DNA of 58,770 bases from a virus. Its lineage: Duplodnaviria; Caudoviricetes. How positions within the stretch are numbered: position 1 is the first letter of the stretch; every line of letters begins with the position of its first letter. The notes under the pieces were generated by a model that saw only the letters and a list, made by a program, of their open reading frames with translations, was not told where the DNA came from and did not search any database. The stretch covers positions 1 to 58,770 of IMG/VR virus record IMGVR_UViG_3300020283_000003; one strand, written 5' to 3'. The translations under genes and the position numbers were made by a program. This document shows positions 1 through 9,936 of the stretch, in pieces.

Positions 1-45
1 TTCTGGAACTTCTGGTCGTTCCCAATTTAAGTTAATGCGTAGCAT
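1..45 (-). CDS. 5' end of hypothetical protein (MLRINLNWERPEVPE...), runs off the window
   Basis: ATG at 45 preceded by AGGAGG (55-60) and an ATAAATA late-promoter motif (68-74); frame is open to the window edge. Confidence 0.6.
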   Translation of the reverse strand, partial: MLRINLNWERPEVPE

Positions 46-76
46 TTGTCTTTACCTCCTGTAACAATATTTATTG

Positions 77-1189
77 TCAGGAGATGTTGACAAAATCCTC
101 CATATAGTCAACAAAATCTACTTGTATTGGTTCTTCCTCACCCTCAAGTTGATGAAGAACATAAACCTCACCACCCAAACTATGAGGTCCTTTGTATGGA
201 AAATCAACTGTCCATCCAGTAGCTTTTAACTTACCATTGATAACATCCTCAGCATGTGTTTTGTAACTGTCGTATGCTAGGTTACAGTATTCAACTACTT
301 TGAAAAATAAATCGTCTCTATCAGTTTTTACACCCAGAGCAGTTCCTTTTCTAGATTGAACAAGTATTTTAACTGCATACCCATCTCTTTCTGCTTCCCA
401 AAGATGACGGAGTAAATCCCAAGCATATCTCTTGTTAAAATGGGTATCCGCAACCATTGTGAGTAGTTTTGTACCATTTTTATCAGTTGTATTATTACCG
501 AATGGATTATCTGTCTTTTCAATATAATCCTTAATTTCTTCATCCGTAGAGTTTTCTGTCATTCTTGTAGGTTCATCACCCCACTTAAGAATAGTATTCT
601 CTATAGTAGTAATAGCACCAATGTAATTATATCTTTTATTGATTCCACACAAATCAAGAATCTCTCTTACTATTTTGATGTTAGTGTAATCAAGGTTATT
701 ATCCTGACATACTCTTACCACAACAAAAACAAAATGATCTTGGACAGCGTTAGTTGTACCGTCAGTGGCATTTATATAAAGACCTGCCAAGATTATTTTT
801 GATTCAGGTTTTAAGAAACTATACTTATGTCCTTCTACTTCAACATACTCAACACCAGGTACTTTTGAAATTGCTAACTGATTAGCAGCAGCATGAGAAT
901 GTCTACGGTCAATTAATGTTTTTAATGTCTTTGAAACAAGAAAAGGAAATGGCCACTTTGTTAAGTCCCATCCTCCTGCATTGAAGGATGCATTCAAAGC
1001 ATGCACATTTCCTTTTTCTTTTGCTGTTCCTCTCGCTCCGTTGTCTCTGACAATTAAATGTTTGGTTTTCTCTAATGAAAACTTTACGAATTTTAGTAGT
1101 GGGAAGTCTATAAGCGGATCATCCAACTTATCTAATTTCGACTTGACATCCTCTACCGTTAGGTTTTCAAACCTTACTTTTCTAGCCAT
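77..1189 (-). CDS. hypothetical protein with degenerate ParB/Srx-like N-terminal domain
   Basis: Long ORF, likely ATG at 1189 (MARKVRF). ALNASFNAGGW...PF...LIDRRHSHAAANQLAISKVP resembles the ParB-N pattern (L.eSi...G...P...liDGhHR..Aa..lg...vP). Confidence 0.5.
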   Translation of the reverse strand: MARKVRFENLTVEDVKSKLDKLDDPLIDFPLLKFVKFSLEKTKHLIVRDNGARGTAKEKGNVHALNASFNAGGWDLTKWPFPFLVSKTLKTLIDRRHSHAAANQLAISKVPGVEYVEVEGHKYSFLKPESKIILAGLYINATDGTTNAVQDHFVFVVVRVCQDNNLDYTNIKIVREILDLCGINKRYNYIGAITTIENTILKWGDEPTRMTENSTDEEIKDYIEKTDNPFGNNTTDKNGTKLLTMVADTHFNKRYAWDLLRHLWEAERDGYAVKILVQSRKGTALGVKTDRDDLFFKVVEYCNLAYDSYKTHAEDVINGKLKATGWTVDFPYKGPHSLGGEVYVLHQLEGEEEPIQVDFVDYMEDFVNIS

Positions 1190-1258
1190 TTTTAAATTGA
1201 TTAAATACGATCCCTGTAAAAACAACGATCAATGCAATATTATATATACAAGTTTTTG

Positions 1259-1349
1259 TTAAAAATAGAAGATGGTTTCCTATCGCCTCCATATCTGAAA
1301 CCATCAAAGGGATATGCAGCAGTCATAGGTAGCGAAAAACTTACGACTC
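1259..1349 (-). ncRNA. candidate small structured RNA or leader
   Basis: Lies directly after a sigma70-like promoter. Two hairpins (AGTCGTA/TATGACT and a perfect 9-bp GATGGTTTC/GAAACCATC) are followed by a T-rich tract. Confidence 0.45.
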
Positions 1350-1353
1350 CTAT

Positions 1354-1381
1354 AGTATAACATAAAAAAAGAGGGTGTCAA
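1354..1381 (-). promoter_or_regulatory. sigma70-like promoter TTGACA-N16-TATACT with extended -10 (TGn)
   Basis: -35 at 1376-1381 and -10 at 1354-1359; overlaps the gp23 terminator. Confidence 0.7.
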
Positions 1382-1390
1382 GCACCCTCT
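1364..1390 (-). terminator. rho-independent terminator after gp23
   Basis: AGAGGGTG-CTTGA-CACCCTCT followed by a T run. Confidence 0.85.
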
Positions 1391-1417
1391 CGGAAAAAAG
1401 TAATATAAGCATCTCGC

Positions 1418-2848
1418 TTACATTAGGTTGTCAACACGTACACGTCTATAGTATCTGTTAACACCAGCGAAGATACGACCTGCACCAGCAGAGTCTCCTT
1501 CAGAGAATGGGTTAGAAACCATACCGTAACGAGTCTTAAACCCGATTTTTGGTTGGAATGTGTTTTCTCCAACTGCTCTTACCATCTGTAGTGGAACGTA
1601 AGGGCAATAGAAAAGTCCAGCATCATAAGGTGAAGTACCTTTGTAACCAACAACGTAGTACTGAGCGCCAGAAGCGTTCTGACCACCTGAGAATGGGTCG
1701 ATGTATACTTTGTACTTACCATTGATTGTACCAGCAAATGTATTACCAGTGTCATCAACGTTAAGGTTAGCATTAAGTGCAGGGGTGTAATCTAGAACAC
1801 CAGCCATTGTTAATGCAGAAGCAACGTCAGAAGAACATAGGATTATGTTACCCTTTCCTCTACGAGTTCTTTGTGCGATTGCGTTAGCATCTCTCTCGAT
1901 TTGGAAAAGTAAACCTTTGAACTTCTCAACTGACCATCTACCATTGGAGTCAACGTCTAAGTCAAACGCACCTGCGGTTGCAACGTTGTTCTGAGCACCT
2001 GCCTCAGCAGACTTATAGATGGTTCTGATGACTTCGCGGTTGATTTCAGCAAGTATCTCTGTTGAGAGAATATTTGCTAATTCAGCCTCAGCATCTAAAC
2101 CATGAATAGCGCGGAGATCCTGTGCTAGTTCCAAACTGTACTCTGCCTTTAACGCTCTTGAACGTGCCTGAACAGCAACCTTCTCGATGCTGAAGGACAT
2201 TTCGCGGAAAGCGTTACCTGCATCACCAAGTGCTTCTGCCTCAGCAGTGCTCATTGCTTGACCTACGTTGTAGCTCTTGCCATCAGCATTAAGAGTAAGA
2301 AGACCAGGATTAGCTCCTTGTTGCTCGGTAGTACCGAAACCAACAGCAGCGCCACCATCAGTAGCACCAGTGTAGTCTGCACCAAGTGATTGGTTCGCAG
2401 CAGTTGATAAACCAGAGAAAGTTGTATCTGGCTCGTTGAATAATGCTTCGTTACCAAGTGAACCGTCGTCATTGACGAACTTAGATCTCATTGCGAAGAT
2501 AAGTCCTGTAGGACCGTTCATTGGTTGAACACCAGCAAGGTCATAAGCAACCAAGTTTGGCATTGATCTTCTGATCAATGAAATTAAAACTGGGTCGAAA
2601 CCTGCGGTGGGTGAACCAGTAGAAGTGAGTGCACCACCTTTAAAGTCTGCACCACCTGAAAGAGCACCGCCAAAACCAGAAGTAGGTGCTTCCTGAAGTA
2701 AACCTGCTTCTTCTTTAAGTGCTTTCTCTTGGTTCTCTAGAATAGCAGCAGTAACTGCTCTTCTATGTGGGTCTGAGATTTTCTCAACGCCTTCTGCGTC
2801 GAGTAGAGGAGCCCACTTCTCCTCTAGATAATTTGCATTGCCTAACAT
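1418..2848 (-). CDS. gp23: major capsid protein
   Basis: T4-type motifs GVQPMNGPTGLIFAMR, SRALKAEYSLELAQDLRAIHGLDAE, DAGLFYCPYVPL. Confidence 0.98.
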   Translation of the reverse strand: MLGNANYLEEKWAPLLDAEGVEKISDPHRRAVTAAILENQEKALKEEAGLLQEAPTSGFGGALSGGADFKGGALTSTGSPTAGFDPVLISLIRRSMPNLVAYDLAGVQPMNGPTGLIFAMRSKFVNDDGSLGNEALFNEPDTTFSGLSTAANQSLGADYTGATDGGAAVGFGTTEQQGANPGLLTLNADGKSYNVGQAMSTAEAEALGDAGNAFREMSFSIEKVAVQARSRALKAEYSLELAQDLRAIHGLDAEAELANILSTEILAEINREVIRTIYKSAEAGAQNNVATAGAFDLDVDSNGRWSVEKFKGLLFQIERDANAIAQRTRRGKGNIILCSSDVASALTMAGVLDYTPALNANLNVDDTGNTFAGTINGKYKVYIDPFSGGQNASGAQYYVVGYKGTSPYDAGLFYCPYVPLQMVRAVGENTFQPKIGFKTRYGMVSNPFSEGDSAGAGRIFAGVNRYYRRVRVDNLM

Positions 2849-2896
2849 TTTAGTAGAGTTTTGCGTGAGATGTTTGAGTTTTTAATGATATTAAAA

Positions 2897-3994
2897 TCAC
2901 TTTCCAGAATACTTACCAAGTGCTCTGATATAAGCTGACATTGTATCTGAAGCACCTTTATCCATATTAGGTTCTTCTGCCTGCTCACTAATTTGAGTAG
3001 TTGTACCGTTAGAGAAATAAGATTCTTTAATAGTAGTTAACTTCTCTGTAAATTGTTCTTCACTCTCAAACTCAACACCTTCTGCAAGAGAGGCGAGTTT
3101 ATCTTTTTGAGACTCAGCTAAACCACGGGATAGTTCACTTACGATCTCAGCCTTAGTAGACTCAGATAGTTTTGAGTGAAGTGTGACGTTAGCTTCAATC
3201 TGCTCGTTGAGTTTTGTTTCCATTTCATCTAACTTGACGCTCATAGCCTCAAGTACATCATATTTATCTTCAGGTATGGATACATAATGATCTTCAAATA
3301 GACCTTTCATTCCAGATAGGAATGATTCAGTCATTTCTGTTTTGAGTCCGTTTTCAACTGCAAGTTGATTAGACTTGAACCACTCATCGGCAACGTACTC
3401 AAGGTAGTTGTCGATTCTTTCTGTTAGTTCTGTTTTGAACTCAGTGACTTCTTCAGCAGCTGCTTCTGCATACTGCTTTTCGATAGACTCTGCAAGTTCG
3501 TTAACTTTTGCTTTAACAGCAGCTTCAAAAATTGTTGCTGCCTTTCCTTTGAATTCCTCGGAGAGTTCTTCACCATTAAACATTGCATTAATGTCGTCAG
3601 TGACGTCGATATTAATATCTCCAGTAGAGTCGATTGTTTCTTCCTCAACTACATCACCTTCAACTTCGGTCTCTTCAACCTTAGTCTTTGCTTTACCGCT
3701 TCCAGTGCTGTAAGTTTCAGCGCCACCTTTACCAGGTGCATAGTCTGGAGCTTTGTTCATTGCATCTGCCTTAGCACCTGGTTTACCAGGAGGCTTTGCT
3801 GCAACAGCAGATGGTGTCTTCAGCTTTGCTGAATCGTCATCTGGTTTGTAATTTTCGGGGGATGGACCGCCAAGATCTTCGTAAGATGCTTGACCAGGTA
3901 CATAATCGGGGGTCTTCTGCATTGGTTCTGCAGATTTTGCCCCTTTGGTTACTACGCTTTCTGCCATTTCTTTTAATTGGTTACCAACGGACAT
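2897..3994 (-). CDS. gp22: prohead core scaffold protein
   Basis: LSEEFK.KAATIFEAAV and YLEYVADEW motifs; acidic coiled coil; between gp21 and gp23. Confidence 0.93.
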   Translation of the reverse strand: MSVGNQLKEMAESVVTKGAKSAEPMQKTPDYVPGQASYEDLGGPSPENYKPDDDSAKLKTPSAVAAKPPGKPGAKADAMNKAPDYAPGKGGAETYSTGSGKAKTKVEETEVEGDVVEEETIDSTGDINIDVTDDINAMFNGEELSEEFKGKAATIFEAAVKAKVNELAESIEKQYAEAAAEEVTEFKTELTERIDNYLEYVADEWFKSNQLAVENGLKTEMTESFLSGMKGLFEDHYVSIPEDKYDVLEAMSVKLDEMETKLNEQIEANVTLHSKLSESTKAEIVSELSRGLAESQKDKLASLAEGVEFESEEQFTEKLTTIKESYFSNGTTTQISEQAEEPNMDKGASDTMSAYIRALGKYSGK

Positions 3995-4046
3995 TGTTTA
4001 CTCTCCGACAAAAACAAAATAGTTACAAATTGTTTTAATCTATACT

Positions 4047-4054
4047 TATTTATA
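4047..4054 (-). promoter_or_regulatory. T4-type late promoter TATAAATA
   Basis: Exact consensus upstream of gp22. Confidence 0.75.
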
Positions 4055-4058
4055 GAGT

Positions 4059-4706
4059 TTATAGATTTAAGAGAAAATTATTGAACATTGAGAGTTTCTG
4101 TTCTTCTAATTCTCGACGGGTTACTGCATTCTCGATCTCGATTCTTGCTTGTTCAGCAGCCGCTTCGCGAATGGAACCGCCTTCCCAAACCCACTCTTTT
4201 CCTTCCATTACTCCATTAACAAAGGCATCAGGAGCAGAAGGATCTGCCACTATATCAGCAGCAGTTGCAAGGATGAAGTCGTCACCGACTACACTGCAAC
4301 TTTCTTGTTTAACTAAAGAACCAATACCACGAGATGAAACACCTAGTTTTACTCCTTCATCTAAAAGAGAAGAAGCGATTTTTCCCATAGGAGTATCAAG
4401 GATTCTTGCCTTTCCAACATAGTTTGTACCCTCTTTTACAAGAGAAGTAATCTTATGGGAAACACGATCAAGGTTTACAACAGGACCATCGGGATGTCCC
4501 AACTCTCCAAGTGCACGACCTTTTGATACGAAACCTTCGTTATAACGTGATACTTCTTTATCAAGAACATTCATTGGATACATGCGTCCATTGCGATTCT
4601 TGATTTCGCCCTGTAGGAAAACACCTTCGATATGCAGTTTTTTCTTGCCGTTAACCTCTTCAGTTACGACTTCTACATTTTCGATTTCTTCTCTAATTAG
4701 TTTCAT
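4059..4706 (-). CDS. gp21: prohead protease
   Basis: IEGVFLQ..IKNRNGRMY, ALGELGHP, LGVSSRG, ADPSAPDAFV. Confidence 0.96.
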   Translation of the reverse strand: MKLIREEIENVEVVTEEVNGKKKLHIEGVFLQGEIKNRNGRMYPMNVLDKEVSRYNEGFVSKGRALGELGHPDGPVVNLDRVSHKITSLVKEGTNYVGKARILDTPMGKIASSLLDEGVKLGVSSRGIGSLVKQESCSVVGDDFILATAADIVADPSAPDAFVNGVMEGKEWVWEGGSIREAAAEQARIEIENAVTRRELEEQKLSMFNNFLLNL

Positions 4707-4711
4707 GGTTC

Positions 4712-4981
4712 TTAGTTTGTAAATCCTACTTTTGCTGCTTTAATTCCACCACTTGTGAAAATAACATCAGTAGATAATTTTTCTAAAAATTCAGTTCTAC
4801 CTGCTGCCATAGTAAATTGATTTGTGCTTGCTGCACCAACAGTTGCACTAACATTAACTACAACATCAGCACCAGTTTGGTTATAAAGTCTTACACAAGT
4901 TGCTTTACTGATACTGCTTGCAGTACCTGCTGTTGTTGGCGTTGCTTGTTCAGTTGCAATTATGTTAACTCGTTGAGTCAT
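4712..4981 (-). CDS. small hypothetical protein of the head module
   Basis: Tightly packed ORF between gp21 and the acidic gene upstream; start overlaps the upstream stop (ATGA). Confidence 0.75.
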   Translation of the reverse strand: MTQRVNIIATEQATPTTAGTASSISKATCVRLYNQTGADVVVNVSATVGAASTNQFTMAAGRTEFLEKLSTDVIFTSGGIKAAKVGFTN

Positions 4982-5274
4982 TCCTCTTCTTCCTCATCAT
5001 TGGATACGGTTTCCTCAGTATCTGCTTCGGCACTTGCTTCGACATCTACTTGAGTTTCGGATTCTTCATCGCCAACTTCAGTTTCCACCTCAGCACTTGC
5101 TTCACCTTCTTCCTCTTGCTCAGGTTCACCAAATAAAGTATCGGCAACTTGAGGTCTGAAAGCATCAATTTTTTCAGCTGCTTTTGCGAACAAAAGCTCT
5201 TTGATCTTGTCGGCAACCTCTGTGTTAGAGGAACCGCCTGTCAACATATCTGTTAATTCAGCAGTAGGTTTCAT
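4978..5274 (-). CDS. acidic prohead core-like protein (position of T4 gp67/68)
   Basis: Very Glu-rich C-terminus; between gp20 and gp21; late promoter upstream. Confidence 0.7.
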   Translation of the reverse strand: MKPTAELTDMLTGGSSNTEVADKIKELLFAKAAEKIDAFRPQVADTLFGEPEQEEEGEASAEVETEVGDEESETQVDVEASAEADTEETVSNDEEEEE

Positions 5275-5302
5275 AGTATGTAAAAATTATAATCCTAATA
5301 TT

Positions 5303-5310
5303 TATTTATA
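5303..5310 (-). promoter_or_regulatory. T4-type late promoter TATAAATA
   Basis: Exact consensus overlapping the gp20 stop. Confidence 0.7.
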
Positions 5311-6910
5311 TTTCCCCACCTTCGGGGTTAATTTCTTCCCCTCCTCCTTCCTGTGGGATAGGATTACCCATCTCATCCACAGGTGCATTTGGATCAGGAA
5401 GAACTCCAGTTTCTATTTCTTGATCAATCTGTTTGTCGATCTCTCTAATCTCTTCATCAGTCTGACGAAGAACATGGCGTCTTACATATTCAACAGAATA
5501 GTACTTACCCAAATATGGTTCTACTTGAGATGCCAATGTTACTCTAGAAGTAATCATCTCATTCTCTTTTAGTTCAGAGAAATGATTATCCTTTAAGTAA
5601 TCAAATTGGATATGCTCAGCTAGAACTTCCCAATCTTCTGGAGTAACAACGTTCTTAAGAATTAGTTGTGTCTTTAAAAGATCAAGGAATACATTACTAA
5701 ATCTCTTTCTTAAACGACCAACAAATTTGTTGAATTTTAATTCATCTCTTTGAATTTCAGCAGTTCTACCAAGATTAAATCCATCACCACTTCCTGCAAT
5801 TCTAGACTCAGGAACGTTAAGTGCACGATATAGTTTCTTCTGGAAATATTCAATATCAGCAAGTTCTCCAAGATTCTGTCCACCAGGAAGTGTAGAGATT
5901 TCAGTTCCTCTACCACCTTCTCTTCTAGGTAACCAGAAATCTTCAAGCATACTCATGTGCTTGCGGTCATCACGAATCTCACCAGTGTTTGCATCGTAAA
6001 CTAATTTGTTACGATAACGATTCATGACATCTCTGAGGTATTGCTCAGATTTTACTTTTGGAAGATTACCAACATCAATGTAGAATATTCTTCTTTCTGG
6101 TGCTCTTGATAATCTGTAGATAACAAGTGCATCTTCAATCATACGAAGTTGATTGAGACCCTTGATTGCCTTATGGAGATATGATAATGTTAGATGTTTA
6201 TTTCTATCTACTAATCCTGATGTAATATAGGTTACAGCATCGGGTGCAATTTTGATTGTTTTTTGTGCGTTTGAATGTATTGATTTCTTATCAGGACTAA
6301 ACGCAAAAAATTCATCGATCTCAGGATCTTTTAAACTTATTGTATTATTTCTACCAGGTACATAATTTTGTGCAATTTGTAAATCAGTGCCCTTTTCTTT
6401 TTTAAGAACCCTCATATACTTCACTTTCATGGCATCCATGTGCCTGACTTCTTTAATTCCTTCTGAAGGTTTATCTAAATCAATTACCTTATGATAATAA
6501 ACTCTTCCGTCAACATACCAATTACGGAATATCTCATGACATTTCTTATCAAATTGTAAAAGATCTTTAATATATTTGAACTCTTCTCTAATAATTTTCT
6601 TTAATGGTTCACTAGCATTGAGGTTAGATAACTCAATCTCAACTGGTGAATCATTTAAATCTGATACTATTGCTTCGTTTACAACATCTTCAATCGCATT
6701 ATCCACTTCGGGATGTAATGCCATCTCACGATATCTACGCATTAAGTCGTGTTCGCTTTTAAAAACACCTTCGATATCTACGTACTGACCGTAAAAACCG
6801 CTGCTCAAATAATAGTCAACCCCGTCCTCATTGTTCTGAGGTACGGGGGAGACTACACCCTTTGGCTTTTTATCGCCATCATCAATTGAAAATCCAAACA
6901 GTTTCGCCAT
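5306..6910 (-). CDS. gp20: portal vertex protein
   Basis: YRLSRAPERRIFYIDVGNLPK, MLEDFWLPRREGGRGTEI. Confidence 0.98.
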   Translation of the reverse strand: MAKLFGFSIDDGDKKPKGVVSPVPQNNEDGVDYYLSSGFYGQYVDIEGVFKSEHDLMRRYREMALHPEVDNAIEDVVNEAIVSDLNDSPVEIELSNLNASEPLKKIIREEFKYIKDLLQFDKKCHEIFRNWYVDGRVYYHKVIDLDKPSEGIKEVRHMDAMKVKYMRVLKKEKGTDLQIAQNYVPGRNNTISLKDPEIDEFFAFSPDKKSIHSNAQKTIKIAPDAVTYITSGLVDRNKHLTLSYLHKAIKGLNQLRMIEDALVIYRLSRAPERRIFYIDVGNLPKVKSEQYLRDVMNRYRNKLVYDANTGEIRDDRKHMSMLEDFWLPRREGGRGTEISTLPGGQNLGELADIEYFQKKLYRALNVPESRIAGSGDGFNLGRTAEIQRDELKFNKFVGRLRKRFSNVFLDLLKTQLILKNVVTPEDWEVLAEHIQFDYLKDNHFSELKENEMITSRVTLASQVEPYLGKYYSVEYVRRHVLRQTDEEIREIDKQIDQEIETGVLPDPNAPVDEMGNPIPQEGGGEEINPEGGEI

Positions 6911-6940
6911 TGTATAGTTAAACTTTTTTTACTGTTTAAC

Positions 6941-6947
6941 TATTTAT
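6941..6947 (-). promoter_or_regulatory. late promoter ATAAATA
   Basis: Motif at the gp19 stop, upstream of gp20. Confidence 0.6.
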
Positions 6948-7573
6948 CACTCTACAGATCCGCCATTTCCACCTGCTTCCCACCACTGAACTTGTAGTTC
7001 AACAGTAAACTCTTCGATAGTGTCGGTTGTTTCGTAAGAAACTTCGATCGGTGCGACCTGAGTTGGGAAGATATTATAGAAGTGATACGTTCTTAGAATA
7101 GGTAACTTGTCACCACTTGGTTGCTCACCATTAGGTGAAACATCTGCTCTGCCAAGTTGATGAATCCAAGCATCTACTTGGTAATCTTCAGGACTTGTTC
7201 TACCTGAAGCATCAGATACCTTATTAATAAAGTTCATCCATCTTTCAAAAGAAGAACGAATTGCGAAATCAGTATCGTTGATAACTGTGACTGTCCATGC
7301 ATCAAATGTTCTGTCACCAGCAACTTTCAGAGTTCTTCCTCTGAAAGGTACTTCGATTGGTGTGACATTAGATGCAGGAAGTTGTGCTGCTTTGATAAGG
7401 AAACGAGACTTAAGTTCGATATCCGTAACATCAGCTCCTACAACTCCTTCAGGGAAGTTCATAACAACCTCGAATAGGTTGCTTCTTGCACCGCCCCCAA
7501 TTAGTCTTTGTTTGAAATCATCGATTGTCCTAGTTTTGGTAGCAATCGAATTTTGTTGCCCTCTGTGTGCCAT
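6947..7573 (-). CDS. gp19: tail tube protein
   Basis: GGGARSNLFEV, FRGRTLKVAGDRTFDAWTVTVINDTDF, IEEFTVELQVQWWE. Confidence 0.96.
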   Translation of the reverse strand: MAHRGQQNSIATKTRTIDDFKQRLIGGGARSNLFEVVMNFPEGVVGADVTDIELKSRFLIKAAQLPASNVTPIEVPFRGRTLKVAGDRTFDAWTVTVINDTDFAIRSSFERWMNFINKVSDASGRTSPEDYQVDAWIHQLGRADVSPNGEQPSGDKLPILRTYHFYNIFPTQVAPIEVSYETTDTIEEFTVELQVQWWEAGGNGGSVE

Positions 7574-7595
7574 TGTTGTTTACCTAGGATTAAAA

Positions 7596-9851
7596 TTAAA
7601 CTCTACCAACGACTTCTTCAAACGAGATGCCAGTTCTAGTAGCAACGAATGTAAGACCGATGAAGTTGATGGAACGTGCAGGCTTAATGAATATGTCTGC
7701 GATAAATTCGTTACGATCAATAACGTCAGGAGTGTTATTGGTTTCGTCACAGACAACTAAGAAGTCACTAATACCTCTCTTTGCCTGAACATCACGTAAG
7801 AATGGTTCAATGATATTTACAAAGTTTGTTCTTGTAATATCATCGTTGAACTCGAATAACTGATCTCTTGCTGCAGCAGATATCGCCTTCTCTAGGAAGA
7901 TGAACAAACGACGGACGTTGATTCTGTCGAATGCAGATGCTTTTGCAAGACCAGTCTTATCACCAAATAGAATGATACCGCCACCTGGATTAAAGGTGAT
8001 TGGGTTAATTCTATTGGAATAGAGTTCGTCTCTTGCTCTCTTACCAGGATTGAACGCAAGTTTAACAGCATTCAGGATAGCACCTCTGGAAGTACCAGCA
8101 GGTGAGTACCATGGGAAGTTATTGATATCAGTTCTAGCACAAAGACCAGCGATATCAGCGTTCATTGGAACCCATCTAAACTCTTTGTTGAAACGGTCAA
8201 AGGTGTACTTGTAACCAGAATCAAACACAGCGAATGATGAGGATGTAACAGGAGCAAAGTATCCTGTGATCTTATCTAAGATCTCGGATGTTGGGTTGAG
8301 GGCATCGTCTGTAAGGAATGCACCTCTATAAGGAGAAATGAATGCAACTGCATCTTTTCTCAATTCTGCAACTTCAATTAGTTTGTTTGCAATTGCAGCA
8401 GCACCTTCTTTGCTGTAGTTTGCAGAACCCATGATGAGGAAGTTAATTTCAATCTCCTCAGGATTCTCAAACAATTCGTAACCAGCATATATGTTGCCAA
8501 CTGAAGCAGCATATTCACCAGTTAAACCAGAAGCAGCGTAGTTAACGCCCTTAGACATTACAACTTTCCAAGCACCTCTACCACCAAAACTGATGTCTTG
8601 TGCATCTTGGTTCCATCCAATGTCACTGTCTTGTTCAAACTTATCTTTCTGGAAACTAGAAGTAGTAACACCAACAGGTTCGTTACCACCGAAGATGTAA
8701 TCTGAATCTTCTACAAGATACTTTCTATACCATGAAGGTGTTGCAACAGAAGAAGTTGCATCCTTTGCTTTAGAAAGATTAAAGTGCTTCTCTAATATTT
8801 GACCAGGAACTCCTGTGATTGTACCTTTGTCGTCAATGACAAGGATATGCATTTCGTCATGTCTGGAGTTTCTCTCAGAACAATACTGAGAAGTACCAGG
8901 ACGATCTGCTACAGCGTTCCACTTAAAGTTATTATTATCGATACCTACGTATTGGTTATCAAACCAATCGTTCTCGCCAGAGTAAGAAGTAGTACCATAA
9001 GCAACATCCGAATTAGTTAACGTAGTAACACCGATTGTTACACCGTCAACAGTATGGAAAGCAAGTGAACCAGAGTCTGCAAATCTGTAAATACCAGTTG
9101 GTGTGTAATCTACTTCGGTTTCAGTACCCGCTGTAGAAACATGAGAGTGGAACTTAACATCGATAGTACCGTTTTTAGCACTACTGATACCAGTAATAAT
9201 ACCTTTAAAGTATCCATCTAATAGTGTTGTAGCACCTGCACCAGCAAGAACAGTGTTAGCAGGAACTGCTTGTGTTACACCGTAACCTACTTGTAGTGAA
9301 TGTGTTACTCTTACACTTTGTGTAGTACCAACACCAACAACAGATGCAAACTGTGTTGTATTAATACCAGTCATTTGTTGGTCTGCTTGACCGTCAATAA
9401 CGCAGATTGTTACATTATTTGCCCATGTACCTGGTGTTTGTGCAACGAAAGAAACGCCACTGATACCGTTTTCTAGATATCCAGTGGATTCAAAATCCAG
9501 ATCATTTTTAATTTTTATAGCAGTCCCCGTGAAGGCAATACCTGGTGTATCGTCAGCACATGCATTTTTCAGTGCAGTGCCATCAGCTCTGACAACACGT
9601 AATGCACCTCCATATGCAAGGTATGAAGAAGCCGAAATCCAATGTTCATAATGTCTATCTGCACTGTATGCAGTTCCGAAAACGTTAAGCAAATCTTGCT
9701 CACTTTCGATCAATGTTGGTTGGCCTACAGGACCCTTTGCAAATGGCGAACATAGCGCTCCGATACTATCAGAAGTTGCATCCACTCTACCAGTGGTTAA
9801 GTCAACTTCTCTAACCAGAATACCTGGAGATGCTAAGTTTAAATAGCCCAT
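7596..9851 (-). CDS. gp18: tail sheath protein
   Basis: SPGILVREVDLT; PWYSPAG; FDRINVRRLF; FIKPARSINFI. Confidence 0.97.
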   Translation of the reverse strand: MGYLNLASPGILVREVDLTTGRVDATSDSIGALCSPFAKGPVGQPTLIESEQDLLNVFGTAYSADRHYEHWISASSYLAYGGALRVVRADGTALKNACADDTPGIAFTGTAIKIKNDLDFESTGYLENGISGVSFVAQTPGTWANNVTICVIDGQADQQMTGINTTQFASVVGVGTTQSVRVTHSLQVGYGVTQAVPANTVLAGAGATTLLDGYFKGIITGISSAKNGTIDVKFHSHVSTAGTETEVDYTPTGIYRFADSGSLAFHTVDGVTIGVTTLTNSDVAYGTTSYSGENDWFDNQYVGIDNNNFKWNAVADRPGTSQYCSERNSRHDEMHILVIDDKGTITGVPGQILEKHFNLSKAKDATSSVATPSWYRKYLVEDSDYIFGGNEPVGVTTSSFQKDKFEQDSDIGWNQDAQDISFGGRGAWKVVMSKGVNYAASGLTGEYAASVGNIYAGYELFENPEEIEINFLIMGSANYSKEGAAAIANKLIEVAELRKDAVAFISPYRGAFLTDDALNPTSEILDKITGYFAPVTSSSFAVFDSGYKYTFDRFNKEFRWVPMNADIAGLCARTDINNFPWYSPAGTSRGAILNAVKLAFNPGKRARDELYSNRINPITFNPGGGIILFGDKTGLAKASAFDRINVRRLFIFLEKAISAAARDQLFEFNDDITRTNFVNIIEPFLRDVQAKRGISDFLVVCDETNNTPDVIDRNEFIADIFIKPARSINFIGLTFVATRTGISFEEVVGRV

Positions 9852-9888
9852 TTGTTACTCCTTGGCGTACTCAGAAATAGTCTAAAAA

Positions 9889-9895
9889 TATTTAT
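9889..9895 (-). promoter_or_regulatory. late promoter ATAAATA
   Basis: Motif upstream of gp18. Confidence 0.6.
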
Positions 9896-9936
9896 TGTTT
9901 TGAACCTTTACACAGGGGAAACTTAGCGTGAACTTA

